64,000 nt of DNA, from positions 3,283 through 67,282 of the forward strand of contig JBAZTR010000005.1 in the NCBI GenBank assembly GCA_041661745.1. Direction: 5' to 3'. The position numbers and the translations under genes were made by a program. The notes below the pieces were generated by a model, which was not told where the DNA came from, made no database searches, and saw only the letters and a program-made list of their open reading frames with translations. Source of the stretch: Patescibacteria group bacterium. Its GTDB lineage: Bacteria; Patescibacteriota; Patescibacteriia; UBA9934; GWF2-40-263. Below are positions 12,621 to 22,491 of this stretch, piece by piece; the first letter of the stretch is position 1, and each line of letters opens with the position of its first letter.

Positions 12621-13130
12621 TTACAAACTATTAATAATTACTTTCGCCGGACAAACCACTTTTCCGTCCACCTTCCAGCCGCGGCGGACAACTTCCAACA
12701 CGATTCCATCTTCACGCTCTTCCTCGCGTCGACTGCCGGCGGATTCGTGAAGTTCGGGATTGAATTTTTCACCGGTGCCATCGAATGATTCAGCTCCCAA
12801 ATCTTTGAGAGCGACTTCGAGTTGGGCTTTAATTTGCAGCGCCCCGGCAATCCATTTATCTGCGGCTTCGTCGTCAGTGTGTGGACGGTGTTTACCGGCG
12901 GCGTCGAAATTATTCATGATTGGCAGAAGCGAGATTAAAAGTTCAACCGTGGTGGCCCGACGCATTTCGCCACGTTCGCGCGATAAATCTTTTTTTAAAT
13001 TGTCGTAGTCGGCCAGTGCCCGTTTCCAGCCGGCAAGATATTCATCGCGTTGGCTTTCTGTCTGAGAGGCTTGAGAGGCTGGAGATGCCGGAGAGGCATT
13101 TTGTTTTTCTTCTTCTTTTTTGTCTGTCAT
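12621..13130 (-). CDS. grpE: Nucleotide exchange factor GrpE
   Basis: The acidic N-terminus and the GrpE core and C-terminus (RGWKVDGKVV...AKVII) are present. The likely true start is MTDKKEEE at 13130; the ORF track extends to 13223. Confidence 0.8.
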   Translation of the reverse strand: MTDKKEEEKQNASPASPASQASQTESQRDEYLAGWKRALADYDNLKKDLSRERGEMRRATTVELLISLLPIMNNFDAAGKHRPHTDDEAADKWIAGALQIKAQLEVALKDLGAESFDGTGEKFNPELHESAGSRREEEREDGIVLEVVRRGWKVDGKVVCPAKVIINSL

Positions 13131-13167
13131 AAAATAAATTAATTTTTTACAAAGCCTTTCCGGCCTT

Positions 13168-13884
13168 TCAGTCCTTTCCGGCCTCTCCAGCATCAAGATC
13201 CAACAATTCTTTTGCCTCCTCAATCAACGCGATATTTTTTTCGTAATCCATGCGGAGCGGCCCAAGCAGGCCGAGGAAACCGGTAACTTTGTTTGGCAAC
13301 TGATATTTAACAAGAATTGCCGCCATGTCTTCGCCAAAAGGATTTTCTTTACCAATCATGACTTGCGGTTCAGACGAAATGGAGTCGAAAATCTCCCCAG
13401 CCACATCGTCGAAGCGATCGACAATGGACGACAAATTGCGCAAGACTTCAAGATCGCGAAATTCCGGTTTTTGGAAAAGGTTAGCCACCCCGGTGTAAAA
13501 ACTGCGGCGCGGATCGAAAGCGACAATGGCGGTTTCGCCGGAAAGGTCAACCAACTTTCTGGCCAGTGAACGCAAAGCGTCTTCGCCATCAAACGCCCCG
13601 ACCATGGACTGACGCAACTTGGCACTGCCACGATTAGCATGTTTGGACGGAACAAAGTTGCGCAAATAGAATTCGTAAGCCTTCTCAGTCGGCACGCGGC
13701 CAGCTGAAGCGTGCGGCGAGCGCAAGTAACCCTCATCCTCCAACACCATCATTTCGTTGCGAATAGTGGCCGGCGAAACGTCGAAACCGCAATTTTCACA
13801 AAGATACTTTGAACCAACCGGCTCAGCCGTTCGGACATATTCTTCAATTATGGCGCGCAAAATGCGCTGGCAACGTTCGTCCAT
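13168..13884 (-). CDS. hrcA: Heat-inducible transcription repressor HrcA
   Basis: N-terminal winged helix (RILRAIIEEYVRTAEPVGSKYL). It is first in an hrcA-grpE-dnaK-dnaJ array, with CIRCE immediately upstream. Confidence 0.85.
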   Translation of the reverse strand: MDERCQRILRAIIEEYVRTAEPVGSKYLCENCGFDVSPATIRNEMMVLEDEGYLRSPHASAGRVPTEKAYEFYLRNFVPSKHANRGSAKLRQSMVGAFDGEDALRSLARKLVDLSGETAIVAFDPRRSFYTGVANLFQKPEFRDLEVLRNLSSIVDRFDDVAGEIFDSISSEPQVMIGKENPFGEDMAAILVKYQLPNKVTGFLGLLGPLRMDYEKNIALIEEAKELLDLDAGEAGKD

Positions 13885-13894
13885 AAATTAAAAA

Positions 13895-13921
13895 CTAGCA
13901 CTCCCTATTATAGAGTGCTAA
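13895..13921. promoter_or_regulatory. CIRCE operator (HrcA binding site)
   Basis: CTAGCACTC-CCTATTATA-GAGTGCTAA matches TTAGCACTC-N9-GAGTGCTAA with one mismatch. It sits about 10 nt upstream of the hrcA start. Confidence 0.85.
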
Positions 13922-13934
13922 TTTATAGTGTCAA
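13907..13934 (-). promoter_or_regulatory. hrcA promoter overlapping CIRCE
   Basis: The minus strand reads TTGACA + 16-17 nt + TATAAT, and the -10 hexamer lies inside the CIRCE spacer. Confidence 0.55.
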
Positions 13935-13964
13935 GGCCTTTTTAAGCCGCAATTTTTTAGATCC

Positions 13965-15218
13965 TTATTTCCCTGTCCTTTCGGCGAGTTCCTTAGCGCG
14001 GGCTTGGGCTTCGGAAATTTTTTCAGGCGAGGCCACCGAATCCCTAAAAAGTATTCTTTTCATCTTACCAAGAAGCCCTTGCGGTCGCGCCGGCGGTCTG
14101 ACTGGCGCGATTTCTACTTTTTTCTCTCCCGGTACTTCAATAGCAACCGCGGTAATGTCGTCTGATTTGCGGCGCATATTATACGGGTCACGCGAAGCGT
14201 CTAATGCGGTGTCTCGCAAATTTTCCAGTTGAGCTTGTAGATTGTCTCCCTTCATGGCCTTACCGATTTTTCTAGTGGGCAAATTATCAGACACGCCATC
14301 GGAAACAAGAATAATACGATCGCCTTTTCTAAGATTGGGAACAAAAGCGGTGTGAACAGCAAAGTCTTTTCTAAAAGTCAGATCCTCTTTACTCATTCCA
14401 ACCATTTGCGTTACCTTGCTTCGAAAATGTCCGTCAAAATACAATTTGAAAGCGCGGACGGTTTGGACTAATCGCAACAGACGCCGATCTTCAAGTGAGT
14501 TCTTTTTTGTCTTTTTAAGATCAGGTATGGCTTTTTCAATTTCTTCCCCGTTGTTCACAACAGCTATTCTAAACGCCTCCAAAATCTGATGATCAGTGCC
14601 AAAATTTTTCCTCAATAATTCCGCGGCAAAATCAGCGCCCCCGGTTGCTTCGGAAATCAATTCAGCGGCCTCAAGATCGATAATATCTTTCTTAACCCAT
14701 AAGTCCAGCATGCCGTCATCTTCCATTTTTACCCGCTCGATTGTTCCATCGGCGCGTTGAATAAAAGCCTGCGAATCGCCGACACTTTTAATTATAGCTT
14801 GGCAACCGCTCGGAGTTTCCAACATTCTAGCTATCATTAATGTGGCTGAGGCAGTTTTTCCGCCGGGTGAAGTTAATTTTTTGGAAAACTTTTCGCCCTC
14901 CTCAATTATTTTACGAAATTCGGCTTCCATGGATCTGTTTAATTCGTCCAAATTTCGGCCAACCATGTGTGGCGCGGCCTCACGTGCCAAACGTACAGCC
15001 TCGCGGCTCATCTTTTCACCAGATTCTTGACCACCGGCGCCATCGGACAAAATAATCAAACCGTTTTCCGCGTCAACAAAAGAAGCGTCTTCATTACGTT
15101 CAGGATGTTTTTCCGAAGCTCTGGTGGCCTCGGCCGTAACAAAAGGAATATGCTCGCGTTCTCTTTGCTCGGTTTTGATAGGTGGATGATAAGACCTTCT
15201 GTCTTCTAAGGATGACAT
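13965..15218 (-). CDS. PP2C-family Ser/Thr protein phosphatase (paralog 1)
   Basis: RxxNED motif (PERNEDA), a metal-binding SDGAGG, and a C-terminal VSDGVSDNL. It aligns along its length with the adjacent 408-aa paralog. Confidence 0.65.
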   Translation of the reverse strand: MSSLEDRRSYHPPIKTEQREREHIPFVTAEATRASEKHPERNEDASFVDAENGLIILSDGAGGQESGEKMSREAVRLAREAAPHMVGRNLDELNRSMEAEFRKIIEEGEKFSKKLTSPGGKTASATLMIARMLETPSGCQAIIKSVGDSQAFIQRADGTIERVKMEDDGMLDLWVKKDIIDLEAAELISEATGGADFAAELLRKNFGTDHQILEAFRIAVVNNGEEIEKAIPDLKKTKKNSLEDRRLLRLVQTVRAFKLYFDGHFRSKVTQMVGMSKEDLTFRKDFAVHTAFVPNLRKGDRIILVSDGVSDNLPTRKIGKAMKGDNLQAQLENLRDTALDASRDPYNMRRKSDDITAVAIEVPGEKKVEIAPVRPPARPQGLLGKMKRILFRDSVASPEKISEAQARAKELAERTGK

Positions 15219-15222
15219 AATA

Positions 15223-16449
15223 TTAGCTAACTTTTTCTAATTCTTTGGTTTCATTACTTCCTTTGGCAAGGCCCAGAGCGCGGGCTTGGGCTTCAGAAAT
15301 TTCAGCTGGAAGAGCTGCTGCGGATTTCCTTGTCAGTATGCCTCTTAGCCGCCCAAAAAAACTGGACGAGGGGGCCGGAGATTTAGCTGGTGTTGTTTCA
15401 ACTATTGCCGCTTCCGGCACTTCAATACCAATCGATGTTATATCATCGGCCTTGTGCCGCATATGGTTCTGGTCGCGTGAGCGAGCCAGGGCAGTGTCTC
15501 GCAAATTTTCCAACTGATCTTGAAAATCGGTACCAACAGCGGCCGCATCAATTTGTTCGGTATTTAAATTATCAGACACGCCGTCAGAAACAAGAAAAAG
15601 CCGATCGCCCGGACGCAAATTGGCAACAATGGCAGTATGAATAACGAACTCCCCACCCTCCATTTGTTTTCTGTCCGCCCCAACCGATTGAGTCACGGCA
15701 CCACGTTTCTCGTTGGAAAAATATCGTTTAAAAGCGGTTACAATTTGAAACAGCAGCAAATTTTCTTTTCTTAAATCATCTGAGTTCGCGTCTAAATCCC
15801 ACAAACCCATGCCAAAAAATTTAGTTATTTGTTCCACGGAACCAAAATTACGTGCCAATAATTCAGCAGAAAAACTGTTTACATCAGTTGCTTCGGAAAT
15901 TAAGTTAGCCACTTCTGGCGAAAATCTTTGCATTTCCACCAGTAAGTTTAAATAGCCGTCTTCAAATAATTCAACTTTTTCAAGTTGCCCGTTAGCCCGT
16001 TTAATATAGGCGCGCGAGTCGCCAAGACCCTTAACAACGGCACTATAACGGCCGTTGACTTCAATTAGTTTGGCTAAAATTAAAGTGGCCATGGCCTCTT
16101 TACTGCCCTTGGGGGTAAGTTGCCTAGAAATTTTTTCACCTTTTTTAAGTATGAGATTAATTTCTGCATCCATGGCCTGGCTTAGCTCGTCGATTGTATT
16201 GCCAGTCATGCGTGGAGCGCTTTCCTTAACAAGTTGAATGGTGGCCCGACTCATTTTATCACCAGAAGCATGACCGCCAGCACCATCAGACAAAGCAACC
16301 AAGCCGTTTTCAGCGTCAGAAAAAGTGGAATCTTCGTTTCTATCAGGATGTTTTTCCGAGGCAATGGTGGTTTCAGCTGTAACAAAACGTCGTTGTTCGC
16401 GTTTTTCACGAACCATGGTTGGACTGAAAAAAAATTCTGGGCTAGCCAT
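15223..16449 (-). CDS. PP2C-family Ser/Thr protein phosphatase (paralog 2)
   Basis: Same motifs as paralog 1 (PDRNEDS, LSDGAGGHASG, LVSDGVSDNL). The two genes are tandem and separated by 4 nt. Confidence 0.65.
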   Translation of the reverse strand: MASPEFFFSPTMVREKREQRRFVTAETTIASEKHPDRNEDSTFSDAENGLVALSDGAGGHASGDKMSRATIQLVKESAPRMTGNTIDELSQAMDAEINLILKKGEKISRQLTPKGSKEAMATLILAKLIEVNGRYSAVVKGLGDSRAYIKRANGQLEKVELFEDGYLNLLVEMQRFSPEVANLISEATDVNSFSAELLARNFGSVEQITKFFGMGLWDLDANSDDLRKENLLLFQIVTAFKRYFSNEKRGAVTQSVGADRKQMEGGEFVIHTAIVANLRPGDRLFLVSDGVSDNLNTEQIDAAAVGTDFQDQLENLRDTALARSRDQNHMRHKADDITSIGIEVPEAAIVETTPAKSPAPSSSFFGRLRGILTRKSAAALPAEISEAQARALGLAKGSNETKELEKVS

Positions 16450-16493
16450 ACAAAATAAATTTTACCAAAAAAATTGACCGCTGGAAAGAGCGA

Positions 16494-16895
16494 TCAAAGA
16501 AGGTCAACGACACAAGCGGCCGCCGAGGTCGCGAGGACAGCATGCCGGCCATCGTCCAGCTCGGGAAAGTCCTCCTCTTCCGAACCGCTGAGGAGATGCG
16601 TCCGAATCCGTACAGCACATCCGTACCGAGCCTGCTTAAACTGGGAAACCTCGTGTCGCTCGATCCAGCCGTCACGCGACACGACGAACTGTAGGCCGGC
16701 TATCCAGTCGGCCGACATTTCTACCCCGAAAGCGACGACGAAGAAAGTCAGCGTGCCGTCGTCATTACGGCTCATCGCCACGCTTTCGATGCTGTCGAAC
16801 AGGTAGAAGTCGAACGCTTCCTGGTTCAGGAAGGTGATGTTGCCAACGGAGATGGTTTCCCTTCTCCGTTGACGACGCAACGAGAAGGGATCCAT
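16494..16895 (-). CDS. Hypothetical protein, high-GC island 2 (133 aa)
   Basis: A high-GC block with ORFs open on both strands. The minus-frame protein has normal composition and is preceded by a consensus promoter. Confidence 0.4.
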   Translation of the reverse strand: MDPFSLRRQRRRETISVGNITFLNQEAFDFYLFDSIESVAMSRNDDGTLTFFVVAFGVEMSADWIAGLQFVVSRDGWIERHEVSQFKQARYGCAVRIRTHLLSGSEEEDFPELDDGRHAVLATSAAACVVDLL

Positions 16896-16924
16896 GGTGT
16901 CTCCGGGGGTGGAAGGAACAACGC

Positions 16925-16953
16925 ACCTTAGCCTTATTTTCAGTCCGTGTCAA
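16925..16953 (-). promoter_or_regulatory. Sigma70-type promoter of island 2 (TTGACA-N17-TAAGGT)
   Basis: On the minus strand, TTGACA lies at 16953-16948 and TAAGGT at 16930-16925 with an exact 17-nt spacer. The -35 hexamer falls within the last codons (GLDTD) of the antiporter gene. Confidence 0.45.
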
Positions 16954-18667
16954 GGCCAATGTCTTCATCGGCCTCTTTTTTACCGGTTTTCTTTATCTTC
17001 TCCCATTGTTTAGCCTTATCTTTATTGCGCCGCAAGAGTTCACTAAAACGCTCGGCTCCCAAAATACTGGGGACAATTACATAGGCCGCCCCGGCCGTAT
17101 AACATTCTAAAGCTTCTTCGGCTGACCGCGCCGCGACAATGGCCGTGCCTTTAAATTTTTCTTCACGCAAATAAGTTAACAATTCCAAGCTGGTGGTGAC
17201 ATCGGGAATAGTGGAAAGAATTAGTCGTGTTTTTTCAGCACGCAGTTCTTTAAGAAAATCTTCGTCGCCAGCATCGCCGTAAATTGCCGGAATTCTTTTT
17301 GCTTTAAGTTCTTCGATTACATTAGGATCATAATCAACCACCAAATATTTGTGACCGATTTTCTTTACCTCATTCAACAAAACCTCGCCGGTACGATGAC
17401 AACCAAAAAGAATCGTGTTAGGCGAATTTAAAGTTCGCGCGCGCGCCGCGTGTCTAACACGACCGTTTTCCAAAAAGCGAAGAACCGGCCGCAACCATTC
17501 ATAAATTCGCTCGTTTTCTTTAACCAAGTAAGTCGAACCGGCAATGGTAATTAAACCAACGACCGTGGCCAAGGTAAGAGCCGCGGGAGAAACAAATCCC
17601 AGTGAAATGCCGGCCCCCAACATAATAAAAGAAAATTCCGAAACCTGAGCCGCCGTGGTACCGGTCAAAAAGCCGGTTTGGGGGTGGTAACCAAGAGCCC
17701 GCAAAACCAACATCATGATAATGGGATTACCAATAAGCACGTAAAGCGAAAAAATTATGATTGGCCAAAGCAAGGTTGAGGCCGTCGACAACTGAAGCTG
17801 CGAACCCAGAACGATAAAAAACAAAATTAAAAAGAAATCGCGAAGCGGTTTAATCCGCGCGTTAATTTCCCGCTCGTAGTGCGTTCCGGAAAGAGCGACA
17901 CCGGCAATAAGCGCGCCAATTTCCACACCAAAACCAAAGTAATAAAGCAGGCCGGCCACGGTAAAACACCAACCCAATGAAAAAACCAACAAAAGTTCTT
18001 GTGATGACGCGGCAAACTTAACTAAATGTGGCACCACCTTGGCCGAAAGAAACCAAAAAACCACCACCACTACCAAACCCTTGGCCAACGATAACCATAA
18101 AATATCAATTGGTGTCTGGCCTTTCCCAACCGCTCCCAGCACCAACAAAATAATCATGGCCACCAAATCCTGTACGATCAAAAAACCGACAGCAATTTTT
18201 CCGTAAAGGGTATCAAGATCTTCCTTGTCCATGAGCATCTTAACAATGATGATGGTACTGGAAAAAGAAAAGGCAATGGAAATAAATAAACTGGTAGTGA
18301 TGTCAAAGCCCAAGGCGTGAGCAATAAGGAAACCAACAGCTGAAGTAAAAAATACTTGGCCCAAACCACTGGCCACGGCCACGGTGCCGACTTCCCTAAT
18401 GCGCCGCCAATTAAGACCCAAGCCAACGGTAAACAAAAGAAAAGCCACGCCTAATTTTCCCAAAGAATCTAAAACTTCGGTTTCGTGGGTTAAGGCCAAA
18501 AAAGCCGGACCAACTAAAATTCCGGCCACCAAGTAGGCAATTACCAACGGCTGTTTAAAAACCCTAACCAAAAAAGACAACGCCGCGGCAATGACAATTA
18601 CTCCACCAATCTGAAAAAATAAACTTTCTGGCATATCCTCCTTTTGATTGAATTTATTATAGCACAA
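16940..18667 (-). CDS. CPA2-family monovalent cation:proton antiporter with a C-terminal RCK/TrkA-N domain (KefB-like)
   Basis: About 12 TM helices with CPA2-like motifs, followed by a Rossmann NAD-binding TrkA-N domain (ILFGCHRTG...DAGDEDFL). Confidence 0.8.
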   Translation of the reverse strand: MCYNKFNQKEDMPESLFFQIGGVIVIAAALSFLVRVFKQPLVIAYLVAGILVGPAFLALTHETEVLDSLGKLGVAFLLFTVGLGLNWRRIREVGTVAVASGLGQVFFTSAVGFLIAHALGFDITTSLFISIAFSFSSTIIIVKMLMDKEDLDTLYGKIAVGFLIVQDLVAMIILLVLGAVGKGQTPIDILWLSLAKGLVVVVVFWFLSAKVVPHLVKFAASSQELLLVFSLGWCFTVAGLLYYFGFGVEIGALIAGVALSGTHYEREINARIKPLRDFFLILFFIVLGSQLQLSTASTLLWPIIIFSLYVLIGNPIIMMLVLRALGYHPQTGFLTGTTAAQVSEFSFIMLGAGISLGFVSPAALTLATVVGLITIAGSTYLVKENERIYEWLRPVLRFLENGRVRHAARARTLNSPNTILFGCHRTGEVLLNEVKKIGHKYLVVDYDPNVIEELKAKRIPAIYGDAGDEDFLKELRAEKTRLILSTIPDVTTSLELLTYLREEKFKGTAIVAARSAEEALECYTAGAAYVIVPSILGAERFSELLRRNKDKAKQWEKIKKTGKKEADEDIGLDTD

Positions 18668-18783
18668 AAAAATATTAGATTGAATAAATTATTTGTCGGA
18701 TAAATCCAGACAAGTTGCGTGTTGCCACTTTTGGCTAAGAATAGTACAGTTTTCTTACAACAAAAAATATTGTAATTATTTTT

Positions 18784-19548
18784 TTGACTGATATGAAGAC
18801 GAATATTAATCTAAAACCACAGACCCTTGAACTTTTGGGGTTAAAAGCCAAGGATCTTGATGTCTATCTGGCCGTCTTAAAACTGGGTTCGGCCCCGCTC
18901 CGTCGGGTGGCCGAGGCCTCTGGTTACAATCGCGGCACCTCATACGATGCTATCAAGCGTTTAATCGCCGCCGGACTTATAAGCTATGTCGATGCCAAAC
19001 CGCATCGTTACTTCACGGCCGAAGATCCGCAAAAGCTTCGGGGTCTGGCCACCCGTCGCGAAGTAGCCCTTCAAGAAGCGCGACAACAACTCGATTCCCT
19101 TCTCCCGGATTTTCAGGCCTTGGCCGGCTCGGCGACATATCGTCCGACAGTACGTTATTACGAAGGCAAGGATGGCATAAAAGATATTTTAAAAGATGTT
19201 TTAAAAACCACCGAACGAACAAAAAACAAAACTTATCGCATTTATTCTTCGTCAAAATTACGAGAACTTATTGCCGCGGCGTGGCCAAGCTTTCTTAAAA
19301 CTCGCATTGAGCTCGGCGTTCACGTCAAAGCCATTTCCATCGGACCGGGTGGTGAAACCGCCGGACTTGATGAAAGAAAATGGTTAAGCAAAGAAAAAAG
19401 TTCATCGGCTTATATTTTCATCTATGGCAAAAAAACCGCTTACGTTTCGGCTGACGAATTCAACAAATTATTCGGAGCGATTATTGATGATGAAAATATT
19501 ACTTCGTCACAGACTATGATTTTTGACGCTTTGTGGAAATCACTTTAA
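18784..19548 (+). CDS. TrmB-family transcriptional regulator
   Basis: N-terminal wHTH (LDVYLAVLKLGSAPLRRVAEASGYNRGTSYDAIKRLIAAGLI), typical of the TrmB sugar-regulator family. Confidence 0.55.
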   Translation: MTDMKTNINLKPQTLELLGLKAKDLDVYLAVLKLGSAPLRRVAEASGYNRGTSYDAIKRLIAAGLISYVDAKPHRYFTAEDPQKLRGLATRREVALQEARQQLDSLLPDFQALAGSATYRPTVRYYEGKDGIKDILKDVLKTTERTKNKTYRIYSSSKLRELIAAAWPSFLKTRIELGVHVKAISIGPGGETAGLDERKWLSKEKSSSAYIFIYGKKTAYVSADEFNKLFGAIIDDENITSSQTMIFDALWKSL

Positions 19549-19564
19549 CTCACAAAAAAACAAT

Positions 19565-21394
19565 ATGTGTGGAATAATCGGCTACATTGGTCCTAGAAAA
19601 AACATTGTAAAAGACATTATCTTACCCGGACTAACTGCCCTCGAAGAACGCGGTTATGATTCGGCCGGTGTTTGTTCATTAAATAATGGCGAATTAAAAT
19701 TAGTTAAAACTGTTGGCAAGCTCGAAGCTTTGCGCGGCCACGAAGGTTTGGAACAAATGAATGAGGCTGATGTGGCTATTGGCCACACGCGCTGGGCCAC
19801 TCATGGCGGCGTGACCGTGCCTAACACTCACCCGCATACCGACTGCTCGGGCGAATTGGCAATTGTTCATAATGGCATTATTGAAAATTATCTTGAGCTA
19901 AAAAAAGAATTGGAAAATTCCGGCCACACCTTTCGTTCGGAAACCGATTCCGAAGTTGTGGCCCATTTAATTGAGCAGGCTTTAACTGATGGCACACAAA
20001 CGCTTGAAGTGGCCGTAACTACAGCTGTCGGAAAAATGCGCGGTACCTGGGGACTGGCGGTTTTAAGCAAACGTTTCCCCAAAGAAATTGTCGTGGCTCG
20101 TCATGGTAGCCCAATTTTAATCGGCCTGGGACAAGATGAAATTTTCGTCGCCTCGCTCGAAGATGCTTTCACTTCTTTTACCAAAAGATTTTTTGTTTTG
20201 CCCGAAGGAAAAGTTTGTACTATACACGCCGATGGTTGTGGGGAAATTGCCGAAACTATTTTAACTGCCGACAGCGACGAACAAGTTACAGCCGCTCCGT
20301 TTCCTCATTTCATGTTAAAAGAAATTCACGAACAACCCGAAACTATTCTTAGAGCTTTAAATAATGGCGGACGTTTATTTTTAGAAGACGGCTCGGCCAA
20401 ACTTGGCGGCTTAGAAGGACGAAAGCAGGAATTGTTATCAACCAAACATCTGCGTTCAGTCGCTTGCGGCACAGCTAAATACGCGTCTGAACTTGGCGGC
20501 TGGTGGCTAACCAAATACGGCGGCTTTGACACAGTTGTGACTGAAGCGGCCTCAGAGGCCAGGCCAGCCCATTACCCGGCGGCCACGGCGGTTTTAGCCG
20601 TCAGTCAGTCCGGTGAAACTCACGACACCTTACAAAAAATAAAAGAAGCCAAGGAACTTGGCCATAATGTTTTTTCCATTATCAATCGCGTTGGTAAAGC
20701 CATTGCCCGGGAAACCGGTTGCGGGGTTTACACTAATGCCGGGCCAGAAAAAGCCGTGGCTTCGACTAAAGTTTTTTTGGCGCAATCAACAATCTTCTTG
20801 TTGTTAACTTTGTGGTTTGGCCGAGGCCGCGAAAAAATTAATAAAGATTTTGGCCGGGCTTTGGGACGGGCCCTCCTTGCTTTGTCCGAAGATGTTCGAC
20901 GAACAATTAATAAAACCGACGAAGCCGCGCGCCGCATTGGCAATGACATATCACAAAAACCCAATGCTTATTTTATTGGGCGCAATGCCGGAGCGATGGT
21001 GGCCAAGGAAGGAGCGCTTAAATTAAAAGAAGTCGCCTATATTCACGCCGAAGCATATGAAGCCGGCGAACTTAAACACGGGGCCATTGCTTTGATTGAA
21101 GAAAATTTTCCGGTGATTGGAATTATTTTGTCCGAAGACGAAAAAGACGCCATGATTAGCAACCTGACCGAGGTCAAAGCGCGCGGCGCCAAAACCATTG
21201 TCATCACTCCGGAAAGTTTAAATGTGCCAGCCACGGCGGCCGATGAAGTAATTCACTTCCCTGACGCGCATTCTATGACAGCACCACTTTTGGCAGTTAT
21301 CCCCCTGCAACTTCTGGCTTATTACACGGCCGTGGCTCGCGGCTTTAATCCGGATCGACCAAGAAATTTAGCTAAAAGCGTAACCGTTGGTTAA
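19565..21394 (+). CDS. glmS: Glutamine--fructose-6-phosphate aminotransferase (isomerizing)
   Basis: Starts MCGIIGY with the Ntn Cys2, and carries two SIS domains with the C-terminal ...PRNLAKSVTVG. The true ATG is at 19565; the ORF track starts upstream. Confidence 0.9.
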   Translation: MCGIIGYIGPRKNIVKDIILPGLTALEERGYDSAGVCSLNNGELKLVKTVGKLEALRGHEGLEQMNEADVAIGHTRWATHGGVTVPNTHPHTDCSGELAIVHNGIIENYLELKKELENSGHTFRSETDSEVVAHLIEQALTDGTQTLEVAVTTAVGKMRGTWGLAVLSKRFPKEIVVARHGSPILIGLGQDEIFVASLEDAFTSFTKRFFVLPEGKVCTIHADGCGEIAETILTADSDEQVTAAPFPHFMLKEIHEQPETILRALNNGGRLFLEDGSAKLGGLEGRKQELLSTKHLRSVACGTAKYASELGGWWLTKYGGFDTVVTEAASEARPAHYPAATAVLAVSQSGETHDTLQKIKEAKELGHNVFSIINRVGKAIARETGCGVYTNAGPEKAVASTKVFLAQSTIFLLLTLWFGRGREKINKDFGRALGRALLALSEDVRRTINKTDEAARRIGNDISQKPNAYFIGRNAGAMVAKEGALKLKEVAYIHAEAYEAGELKHGAIALIEENFPVIGIILSEDEKDAMISNLTEVKARGAKTIVITPESLNVPATAADEVIHFPDAHSMTAPLLAVIPLQLLAYYTAVARGFNPDRPRNLAKSVTVG

Positions 21395-21398
21395 AAAG

Positions 21399-21428
21399 AA
21401 AAAACCGGCTGAGGTCAGCCGGCTTTTT
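21399..21428. terminator. Bidirectional terminator between convergent glmS and the GT4 transferase
   Basis: AAAAAACCGGCTGAGGTCAGCCGGCTTTTTT: a GC stem flanked by an A tract on one side and a T tract on the other. Confidence 0.7.
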
Positions 21429-22491
21429 TATTTTCTTTTAGACTAAGGCCCACGGCCAGAATCAGACCCAGAAGACATAAAAGGCCAAAAGCAATTAATT
21501 TTTCTTTGCTTTGTAAAAATAAAGTTAAAACACCAAAACAACCGGCCACCACATAAAAAAACAAAACGGTTTTTCGTTCCGACAAACCGGCCAGCAACAA
21601 ACGATGATGCAAGTGAGTGCGATCACCGTGCACCGCGGCTTTAAGACCGCCTTGCAAAACCCGACGAGAAATAACAAAAACCAAATCAACAAGTGGAATA
21701 CCAATAACCAACAAAGCCGTGGCCAATTTGCCGCCAGAAATAACGGCCAGAGTGCCGATTAAAAATCCAACAAAGGTACTTCCCCCTTCCCCAAGAAAAA
21801 TTGAAGCCGGATGAAAATTAAAAACCAAAAAGCCAAGTAAGGCCCCGCATGAAATTACCGAAAGCAAAGCCACGTCGGGTTGAAAATATGCCGCGGTCAG
21901 CGACAAAGCCAAAATCATGAGCGTTCCAATGGAAGCGACGCCGGTGGCCAAACCGTCTAAGCCGTCCAAAAATTTCATTGTAAACATTACTACCATAAGC
22001 CAAACAAAAACCAAAAGATCCGATTGCCACGCGGCCAAATAAATTACCCCGCCAAAAGGATTGGTTAATTTTTCCACCTCAACCCCAAACAAAATAACGG
22101 TAAGAGCCGCCAGAACCGGAGCGATAATGGCAAATTTTGGCGGCAAAGAATATTTGTCATCAAAAAACCCGCCAATCATTAAAATCAAGCCACCTAAAAA
22201 GAAACCAAGATAATGTTGCCAACTAATTTCCCCACTGGTTAAAGCGTTAGAAACCAATAAAACAAAAAAGATCACCAAAACCAGTGGTGTAAAAATAGCT
22301 AAGCCACCAAAAAGCGGCGTGGGTTTGCTGTGCAGCTTGCGCGGCGCGGCCGGCAAATCAAGTAAACCAAAACGCGGGGCAAATTTTCGAACCAACCAAG
22401 TGGCCATTAGTGCCAAAACAAAAGACGCGACAAACCAAGGGGTCAAATAAATCGCGTCTTGAAAAATTATTTTTAGGAGTTCAACGCTCAT
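21415..22491 (-). CDS. Polyprenyl-phosphate N-acetylhexosamine-1-phosphate transferase (MraY/WecA family, GT4)
   Basis: About 10 TM helices. PRKLHSKPTPLFGG and the DD..D cytoplasmic-loop motifs are typical of WecA/MraY. Confidence 0.7.
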   Translation of the reverse strand: MSVELLKIIFQDAIYLTPWFVASFVLALMATWLVRKFAPRFGLLDLPAAPRKLHSKPTPLFGGLAIFTPLVLVIFFVLLVSNALTSGEISWQHYLGFFLGGLILMIGGFFDDKYSLPPKFAIIAPVLAALTVILFGVEVEKLTNPFGGVIYLAAWQSDLLVFVWLMVVMFTMKFLDGLDGLATGVASIGTLMILALSLTAAYFQPDVALLSVISCGALLGFLVFNFHPASIFLGEGGSTFVGFLIGTLAVISGGKLATALLVIGIPLVDLVFVISRRVLQGGLKAAVHGDRTHLHHRLLLAGLSERKTVLFFYVVAGCFGVLTLFLQSKEKLIAFGLLCLLGLILAVGLSLKENKKAG

